A stretch of 64,000 bases of DNA from Candidatus Poribacteria bacterium (lineage in GTDB: Bacteria > Poribacteria > WGA-4E > PCPOR2b). Of this stretch, positions 57,129-64,000 are shown one piece after another (within the stretch, counting starts at the first letter, position 1; each line of letters starts with the position of its first letter). The DNA lies in NCBI GenBank assembly GCA_965116925.1, contig OZ220744.1:6302589-6366588 (forward strand), given 5' to 3'. The notes under the pieces were generated by a model. That model did not search any database. It worked only from the letters and a program-made list of their open reading frames with translations, and had not been told where the DNA came from. The position numbers were made by a program, and so were the translations under genes.

Positions 57129-59183
57129 CTAAGCGGCCCCGACATCTTCTAGCGGCACGGTCATCTGCATCGCACCGAAGCGAACCACCGCTTTCTGGGT
57201 CTGTGGGTCCACTTCACTGAGTATCCCAACGCTGTCTAGACTGTGCACGCGGACTTCATCGCCCGTTTTCAATTCGTGGATGAACCCCTGCCGTTCCTGT
57301 TCTTCTGGAAATTCGCTGAGTTCATCAGCCATGTAGGTACTGATTTCAGATAGTGATTCGAGCAGCGATCGCCGGGACGCTTCCGACTGATACAAACGGT
57401 CAATCTGTCCTTTGATTTGGTGGATTAGGGCGTAGGTATCCCCACTGAGTTGTGCCTGCATCTCCTTTTCGTGTGTGGAGATTTCGTCCAATTTTTGACG
57501 ATATTCGCTTTCTATACGCGCTGCCTTCGCACCCGCTTCTGTCGCGGCGCGCTTATTTTTCTCCATTACCACCTTGGCAGCCTGTAGCTGATTTATCAAT
57601 TCGGCTGCCCCGTCATCTTGCCCCGCTGAACTTTTTTCTGCGTCTGCAATTACTTCGTCTGGCAGACCCAAGCGTTTGGCGATCGCTAGCGCATTGCTGC
57701 TGCCGGGGGTGCCGATCAATAGTTTGTAGGTTGGTCGCAAGGTCGTTACATCAAATTCCACAGACGCATTTTCGACCCTTGGCACAGTGTAGCCGAGATT
57801 TTTGAGCGGACTGATGTGCGTTGAGACAACTGTGCGTGCGTTGTGCGTGTGTAGATATTCGAGAATAGATTTGCCCAACGCTGCGCCCTCCGCTGGATCG
57901 GTGCCGCCGCCCAATTCATCAAGCAGCACCAAGCTGTTCTCATCGGCGGACGAAAGGATCTCTGCGATGTTACGGAGATGGCTGGAGAATGTGCTCAAGC
58001 TTTGCTCAATGCTCTGTTCGTCGCCGATGTCTGCTGATATGTGTGAGAATACAGCCAGTTCAGAACCTTCTCCTATTGAGATGTGCATTCCCGATTGCGC
58101 CATCAGCGTCAGTAGACCGACCGTTTTCAGCGTGATGGTCTTGCCGCCGGTGTTGGGACCCGTGATAATCAGGGTGTTAAAATCGTCGCCTAGACGGAAG
58201 TCGATGGGGACCACCGCTTTGATATCCGAATCTTCCTCCCGCTGCAGGGTTAAGAGCAATGGGTGACGTCCCGCCTTGAGGTTGAGCCTTCCGTTTGCAT
58301 TCAAGGTAGGCGGATTCATCTCATAATCGCGGCTGAAACGCACTTTTGCATACGTCAGATCCAGATGGGCGAGGATTTTCAGTGTCTCTCCCATCGGTTC
58401 GGTTACCGCTGCAATCTTGGCGGTGATTTCGCGGAGCAGCCGCACAATCTCTGCCCCTTCGGCGTCTATTGCAGCTTGTAACTCATCCCCCAGTTCGCGT
58501 ACCACCTCCGGCTCGATAAATACGGTATTGCCACGGTCGGATCTGTCTCGCACTGCGCCGGGTACACGGGACGCGTCGCGCTCTTTCACGGCAATCACAG
58601 GGCGTCCCTTCCGCTCGCGTATAATCGGATCTTGTAAGTGTGGACTGATACTTTTTGAGCGGAGGGTTGATTGCAGCCTGCCCTGAATGCGTCCTTTCAG
58701 CGTCTGAATCGTTTTGCGGATTGATTTCAATTTAGGACTGGCACTGTTCTTGACTGCACCGTTTTCATTCAGCGTATTCTCAATCTTCGCCTCAATATCG
58801 GGATACAGCCGAATTTTCTCTGCTAGTCGGCTGAGATGGGGATAGTCTCCCTTTGCATCTTCTAGGTATGCTTTGACAATCCTGAAGGCGCGGAGGGTAT
58901 CCTTGATGCTCATAATCTCCTCAATAATGAGGAGATCCGCTCCTTTGTCCAGCTTCTCTAGAATTGGAGAGAGATCGTGCAAGCCCCCCAATGGCAGATA
59001 GCGATCCGGCGACAATAGCCTTTTCAACTCGGTCGTTTCTGCGATAAGTCGCTCAATCTGATGTAGGTCGGTCAGCGGTTGGATTTCCTGTGCTAGCCTT
59101 GCCCCCAGCCCTGACGCTGCATAGCCGACCAACAGCTCTTTGATTTTGTCATATTCCAGAACGTCGAGCGTGTGTTGGTTCAC
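57129..59183 (-). CDS. mutS2: MutS2 family ATPase lacking the C-terminal Smr domain
   Basis: LEYDKIK, GPNTGGKT, IGDEQSIEQSLSTFSSH, LLDELGGGTDP, GSSNALAIA; ends right after a KOW-like segment. Confidence 0.85.
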   Translation of the reverse strand: MNQHTLDVLEYDKIKELLVGYAASGLGARLAQEIQPLTDLHQIERLIAETTELKRLLSPDRYLPLGGLHDLSPILEKLDKGADLLIIEEIMSIKDTLRAFRIVKAYLEDAKGDYPHLSRLAEKIRLYPDIEAKIENTLNENGAVKNSASPKLKSIRKTIQTLKGRIQGRLQSTLRSKSISPHLQDPIIRERKGRPVIAVKERDASRVPGAVRDRSDRGNTVFIEPEVVRELGDELQAAIDAEGAEIVRLLREITAKIAAVTEPMGETLKILAHLDLTYAKVRFSRDYEMNPPTLNANGRLNLKAGRHPLLLTLQREEDSDIKAVVPIDFRLGDDFNTLIITGPNTGGKTITLKTVGLLTLMAQSGMHISIGEGSELAVFSHISADIGDEQSIEQSLSTFSSHLRNIAEILSSADENSLVLLDELGGGTDPAEGAALGKSILEYLHTHNARTVVSTHISPLKNLGYTVPRVENASVEFDVTTLRPTYKLLIGTPGSSNALAIAKRLGLPDEVIADAEKSSAGQDDGAAELINQLQAAKVVMEKNKRAATEAGAKAARIESEYRQKLDEISTHEKEMQAQLSGDTYALIHQIKGQIDRLYQSEASRRSLLESLSEISTYMADELSEFPEEQERQGFIHELKTGDEVRVHSLDSVGILSEVDPQTQKAVVRFGAMQMTVPLEDVGAA

Positions 59184-59210
59184 GGTGATTCGTTCCCTTG
59201 AATCTCAGTG

Positions 59211-60299
59211 TTATTTGTCTCCTAGAACCGCTTTCAATCCCTTTACAAATCGTTCATTTTCTTCAGGTGTGCCAATTGTCACACGGATGGAGTTGGGGAA
59301 GCCGTATCCAGCCACAGGACGCACGATCACACCTTTTTGCATCAGCGCGTCGGAGATTTCACTGCCGGAACGGTCAAAATGCACTAGAATGAAGTTCCCC
59401 TCGGATTCGACATACGCCAATCCTATCTGATCCAACGCTTCATATAGATACGTTTTGCCGATGGCATTGACCTCTTGGCTACGACGTACATGCTCGGCAT
59501 CTTTCAACGCAGCCCGCGCTGCCGCCTGCGCGACGAGGTTGCAGTTGAACGGTTGACGCACCCGATTCATTGTTTCGATAATATCGGGTTTGGCGAGTCC
59601 GTATCCGATTCGCATCCCCGCAAGCCCGTAGATCTTGGAGAACGTCCGCGTGATGATGACGTTACGTCCTTCGTGGATATAGGGCAGTGTCTGCGGATAG
59701 TCGGGTCGATCGACATATTCGTAGTAGGCTTCGTCGAAGACAACGAGGACATTGTCCGGCACACGCGCCATCAATTTCTCGGTTTCCGTTTTCGTAACCA
59801 TTGTCCCGGTCGGGTTGTTTGGGTTGGCGATGAAGATGACGCGGGTCTGATCGGTGATTGCATCTGCCATTGCCGCCAAGTCCTGCGTGTAACCGTCCAT
59901 CGGCGTGATGATTGACTTCGCACCGAACACCTTGGCGACCAGCATGTAGACGACAAAGGCACTCTCCGAATAGATCACCTCGTCGCCCGGCGATACGTAG
60001 GTCTCCCCGACTAGTTGTAGCACTTCGTTGGAGCCGTTTCCTAGGATCAGGTTTTCGGGGGGAACGCCGATGTGCGCTGCTAGATCCTGTTTTAGGTAGT
60101 AGGCGTTTCCGTCGGGGTAGAGGTGCACCTGTGTTGCTGCATCTTGAATTGCTTGCATTGCCAAGGGCGAAGGACCCAGCGGGTTTTCGTTCGATGCTAG
60201 CTTGATAATATCCGAGATGCCTAACTCGCGCTGGACCTCTTCAATCGGTTTGCCCCCTTGATAGGGTTGGATGGTTTCAATTCCGGGTTTCGGTTTCAT
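59211..60299 (-). CDS. hisC: Histidinol-phosphate aminotransferase
   Basis: KLASNENPLG, NPNNPTG, DEAY, RTFSKIYGLAGMRIGY. Confidence 0.95.
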   Translation of the reverse strand: MKPKPGIETIQPYQGGKPIEEVQRELGISDIIKLASNENPLGPSPLAMQAIQDAATQVHLYPDGNAYYLKQDLAAHIGVPPENLILGNGSNEVLQLVGETYVSPGDEVIYSESAFVVYMLVAKVFGAKSIITPMDGYTQDLAAMADAITDQTRVIFIANPNNPTGTMVTKTETEKLMARVPDNVLVVFDEAYYEYVDRPDYPQTLPYIHEGRNVIITRTFSKIYGLAGMRIGYGLAKPDIIETMNRVRQPFNCNLVAQAAARAALKDAEHVRRSQEVNAIGKTYLYEALDQIGLAYVESEGNFILVHFDRSGSEISDALMQKGVIVRPVAGYGFPNSIRVTIGTPEENERFVKGLKAVLGDK

Positions 60300-60415
60300 T
60301 GATTACCTCATGGTTCGGCTATCAGTTTTTTATGCCTAACAAGTTATTGTAGGGAACAGTGATTTTTACCGCAGAGACGCAGAGAGCGCAGAGGAAAAAA
60401 TCTATATAATAGGAA

Positions 60416-60546
60416 CGCTCATGTTAAGATTTAGTCCAAAGAAACCGAATATTCGTAGGGGTTGGGCCCCCCAACCCTTACGGCGGGCGGGGGACCCCGC
60501 CCCTACGATTTCGATTCGTGTTTTGCACTTTCTTTTTACATGAGCC
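60416..60546. mobile_element. 131-bp MITE with perfect 8-bp TSD, carrying an inverted REP doublet
   Basis: CGCTCATGT...ACATGAGCC ends; TSD AATAGGAA at 60408-60415 and 60547-60554; inverted copy at 24274-24405. Confidence 0.85.
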
Positions 60547-60600
60547 AATAGGAATTACATAGTTGAACGGTGAAATCCAATCCCTTCCGCTACGCGGAAT

Positions 60601-60895
60601 CTACACCTCCGTTTCAATGGCCCACCAGCACGATTCGGCAATTTGGCAGGGCCCTGGCAGGTCCAAAAAAAAATCAATCACGCATCGGGGTGCTATCATT
60701 AGCTGATGTCTCTCTGAACTCTGATGGGGCCTAGCTTCCGAGCGTTTGTAGATTTTTACCCCGTAAGAGAAGGTGCGTCCAAACGGCTTTTTGACCTGCC
60801 AAATACGCCCTATTTATGAACCGTTTTTGACTGAAATGGCACCATAACCGTGCCAAATGTCAGGGATTTGGCAGGTCTCTGACAGGTCACAACTC
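60601..60895. repeat. Inverted copy of the 300-bp element at 5374-5670
   Basis: Starts ctacacctccgtttcaatg and aligns to the reverse complement of 5374-5670. Confidence 0.8.
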
Positions 60896-61168
60896 TAAAG
60901 TGCGTAAGTCCTGAGTAATATAAAGTTGGAAGATTGGGGGTGGCTTCCTGCCATTCGTCCCGTGCTTGGTTCACTATATTATACCCTATTTTTTGACCGT
61001 ATGCGTAAATCCTGTTTTATCTTTATGGTGATCCAATTTCTTTAACAGAGGAAATAACAGATGAGAGATGCCCTATCCCATATAATTGTTCTCTCTTTCT
61101 GTGGTCGCCTTGCTTGACTAAAAAGTATCACGAACTTCAGGTTGTGTCAAGGGTAAACAGTGGAGCGT

Positions 61169-61281
61169 TAGGGTCATTTGATTCTCCCGTAGCCTCGATC
61201 TCCCGGTCGAGGCTACGGCGGGGCAAGATGCCCCGCCTACGAATTTGGGTCATTCCGAAAACGGAAAACCAAATAACTCTA
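61169..61281. mobile_element. TAGGGTCATTT-family MITE (113 bp) with REP doublet cargo
   Basis: TAGGGTCATTTG...CAAATAACTCTA ends; internal gtagcctcgatctcccggtcgaggctac and ggggcaagatgccccgcctac. Confidence 0.7.
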
Positions 61282-61379
61282 GAGAGGCGTTTTGAGATTG
61301 ACAGTATTGTTCTGCTTGGGGTAGAATGGAAATTGATTTCTACGTGGTGGGAGGACAGCTCGTTGATAGGAGGAGAGGG

Positions 61380-62186
61380 ATGATTATCGAATGGAATACC
61401 CACATTTTTAGTCCAGATTTGCAACGGTATCCGTTTCATGAGAGGGCATCTTACACGCCCGATGCCTCTAGCCAACCGGCGGATCCGCTGGGGGCATATC
61501 TGGCGCAGATGGATCAACACGGCATTGACCGTGCGGTGTTGGTGCATCCGGAGCCTTATGGGGATGATCACCGGCTTGTTCTGGACTGCTTGGAACAGGA
61601 ACGGGAACGTGTCAAGGGCACATGCCTGTTCTACCCAAGGGATCCGGACGCGCCTCGCAAGATGGAGGAGTTGGTGGCGCGGCAGCCCCGGATTATCGCA
61701 ACGCGATTCCACGCCCATCGCGGCAAGGAGACGTATCTGGATAGCCTGACTAGTCCCGAAGTGCGGCGGATCTGGGAGAAGGCGTTGGACTTGGATCTAA
61801 TCATCGAGCTGCATATCGGACCGGACCATGCACAGGGGGCGGCGGAGATGTTGCGTGATTACCCGGAATCCACAGTGTTGATTGACCATTTGGCGGAGCC
61901 GCACATGGGGGATGCGGTGGAGTTTGCACATGTTCTGGATTTGGCGGATTTCGATGCCGTGTATATGAAGCTTTCGGGTCTCAATCATTTTGCTACGGAT
62001 GCGCCGCTCTACTTGAGCGCTCGCTCGTTTACCCGTCGTGTCATCGAAGCGTTTGGGCCGGATCAGATGGTCTGGGGCAGCGGCACACCCGATATAGTGG
62101 ATGCACATCTAGCGGAATATACAGAGGCGGACCGGCAGAAGGTGAAAGGGGAAAATCTGGCGAGACTGTTGGGCTGGGAAGCGTGA
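61380..62186 (+). CDS. Amidohydrolase_2 family protein (lactonase-like)
   Basis: WNTH, LIDHLA, YMKLSG, FGPDQMVWGS; start after aggagaggga. Confidence 0.8.
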   Translation: MIIEWNTHIFSPDLQRYPFHERASYTPDASSQPADPLGAYLAQMDQHGIDRAVLVHPEPYGDDHRLVLDCLEQERERVKGTCLFYPRDPDAPRKMEELVARQPRIIATRFHAHRGKETYLDSLTSPEVRRIWEKALDLDLIIELHIGPDHAQGAAEMLRDYPESTVLIDHLAEPHMGDAVEFAHVLDLADFDAVYMKLSGLNHFATDAPLYLSARSFTRRVIEAFGPDQMVWGSGTPDIVDAHLAEYTEADRQKVKGENLARLLGWEA

Positions 62187-62536
62187 AACGTAAAACGTGA
62201 AACGTGAAGAATAATGCGTAATACGTGATGTGTAAGAAAAACACCGCGTAGGCGCAGCGGGCACAGAGAAGGAGAAAACGGGAAGATAGGAAGGTGGGAG
62301 AACGAGAAGGGGAGAACAGGGGAAAGCGGGAAGGGTTCATTGGTTCATTAGTTCAGTTCATAGGTTATGGAACCCTGATTACATTGAGGACAGTTTCTAC
62401 GTCCCGATCACAGATTAGGAAATCTGTGGCTACGAAGGGGTATTTCCGGCATAGGGATCCCCGATAGGATCGGAATTCAAAGCAATATGCCTACTACTAG
62501 CAACCTAGGTTAGAATAAGGAGAGAGAGGATTTCTG

Positions 62537-63295
62537 ATGGAACGTTTTCCTATTTTTGAATCATACGAATTTGGTGAGGAGCAGAAGGCAGAGATGGACA
62601 AGGTCGGGCATTTCGTTCTCCCCGGTATCTTGACGTCGAGGGCGTGTGAACGATTGACCGAATCGCTGTCGTACATTCAATCGCTTGTTCCGAATGCGAC
62701 TGAAGGACATGAGCCGAATCGGTTTGCTGCGGAATACGACGTATTCTTGGAGAGCTTGATTGGTCACCCGCAGATGGTCACGCTCGCCCGACAAGTACTT
62801 GGGGCTGACATCCGCTACGATCACTGTGTTACGCTCAACCGACCGGGTGGCAATCAAGGGACTCGTTGGCATAGTCACGAGTACTCGGACGACGATCCGA
62901 GTCTAGGCTTCATACGCATCTTCTTTTACGTCAATGGTTTTGATGTTGATGACGGTGGGTTGAAGGCTGTTCCGGGGAGTCATCTGTATCGGGATCCGAA
63001 GATCCATTTCCAGACGGATGAGGAGCTGCTATCAGGATGGATGGCGGGCAAAGAACACCCGCTTACCGGTGGATCGTTAGAGATAGAAGACCTATCTGTT
63101 CCTGATGGCACGGTGGCGTTGATGTGGACACACGCGGCACACGCCGTCAGTCCGAGGCAACCCAATAGTAAGACGCGATGGACGGTGGTCTATGCCTACC
63201 GTAACCCCGGCAGACCCTCTGCTGCGCGTTGGATTAGTGAGGAGTTTGAGCGTAAGGCTATTGATGGGGCGGAAGGATTGATGGGTCTTTATTAA
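62537..63295 (+). CDS. PhyH-family Fe(II)/2-oxoglutarate dioxygenase
   Basis: WHSH (HxH instead of HxD), GGLKAVPGSH, THAAHAV...R. Confidence 0.8.
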   Translation: MERFPIFESYEFGEEQKAEMDKVGHFVLPGILTSRACERLTESLSYIQSLVPNATEGHEPNRFAAEYDVFLESLIGHPQMVTLARQVLGADIRYDHCVTLNRPGGNQGTRWHSHEYSDDDPSLGFIRIFFYVNGFDVDDGGLKAVPGSHLYRDPKIHFQTDEELLSGWMAGKEHPLTGGSLEIEDLSVPDGTVALMWTHAAHAVSPRQPNSKTRWTVVYAYRNPGRPSAARWISEEFERKAIDGAEGLMGLY

Positions 63296-63422
63296 TGAGG
63301 AATAGGGAACGCAGATCTGCGTTCCCTACGAAACGGTGTTGAGATTCACATCTTGACATAAGAATGTCGATTTTGGAAAATCGACCTACAGAAGTCCGAA
63401 ATTGTTTTGAGTGTATCAAGAT

Positions 63423-63525
63423 TATAGTAGATTTTAGAATTAATGGGACACGCCAAACCGGTGCGGTTACAAACCGCACCTACCGGGGGGGCGCAAGTAT
63501 TTCTTTATTTTTTTAATTCACTATA
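63423..63525. mobile_element. TATAGT-family MITE with REP cargo
   Basis: tatagtagattttagaattaat...ggtgcggttacaaaccgcacctac...aattcactata. Confidence 0.75.
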
Positions 63526-63534
63526 GTTAAAGCA

Positions 63535-63915
63535 TCAAATCTCGGCATAGACTTCGAGCATATTTCCTTCAGGATCAGCAAAGTAGACCGTTCGGTGCCC
63601 CCTCGGCTGGTCGGTAGGTGGCTCAAGGATTTTCACGCCTTTGGCGACGAGTTGGTTGTAGCACAGATCTACTTCGGACGGTGATACTAGAAAGGCGAGC
63701 TGCACGCCGGGTAGATCTGGACGAACACCGTTCCCGTCGTAATATCGGGTGCGTTTGCGCAGCGAAAGCAGCACATCGCCTGCACGGAATGTCAAGCCTG
63801 TCTCAGACTCAGAGGCCACCGGAAAGGGGAACAGATCGCGGTAGAACGCTTTCATTGTTGCTAAGTCGTCACAGAGAATGATTGCGTAGTTGAGTTGTTT
63901 AACGGGGGTAAGCAC
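63535..63915 (-). CDS. VOC/glyoxalase family protein
   Basis: MKAFYRDLF, GHRTVYFADPEGNMLEV. Confidence 0.9.
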   Translation of the reverse strand: MLTPVKQLNYAIILCDDLATMKAFYRDLFPFPVASESETGLTFRAGDVLLSLRKRTRYYDGNGVRPDLPGVQLAFLVSPSEVDLCYNQLVAKGVKILEPPTDQPRGHRTVYFADPEGNMLEVYAEI

Positions 63916-63931
63916 GGTTGAATCCTCGATT

Positions 63932-64000
63932 TATAGTAGATCTCAGAATTAATGAAACACTCCAAATCGGCGCAGTTGGAAACAGCGCCTACCAAACATG
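63932..64000. mobile_element. TATAGT-family MITE left end, running off the window
   Basis: tatagtagatctcagaattaatgaaacactccaaatcggcgcagttggaaacagcgcctac. Confidence 0.6.

Overview
64-kb bacterial chromosomal window (no rRNA, tRNA, CRISPR array or intact transposase seen). The gene content most resembles Candidatus Poribacteria, which is my inference from PhyH-family expansion, FlgD-Ig/NYPNPF tails, a recurrent C-terminal KLATxWG motif, and Kelch and DUF6785-type proteins. From left to right: (i) 1-7.1 kb, an array of six small membrane-anchored coiled-coil genes, at least five with their own near-identical sigma70 promoter, embedded in a dense mosaic of GTAG/ATAG-tagged palindromic REP-like repeats and MITEs; (ii) 7.2-24 kb, two giant (about 2,100 and 2,500 aa) secreted Ig-repeat proteins with T9SS-like C-terminal tails, followed by a PorV/UPF0164-like beta-barrel and a LysM protein; (iii) a truncated RAYT (REP-associated tyrosine transposase) flanked by inverted REPs and followed by a MITE; (iv) a degenerate AccA-like gene, a DUF1080-like secreted protein and five tandem secreted Kelch propellers, the last six sharing one C-terminal motif; (v) housekeeping and catabolic genes, including a BrnT/BrnA toxin-antitoxin pair, an ECF sigma factor fused in frame to PurC, a gamma-glutamyltransferase frameshifted at its subunit junction, an Smr-less MutS2 and hisC. 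At least three MITE families, which carry REP hairpins as internal cargo, plus one unexplained 300-bp repeat recur across the window. All calls come from reading the sequence and recognising motifs; no database searches were run.
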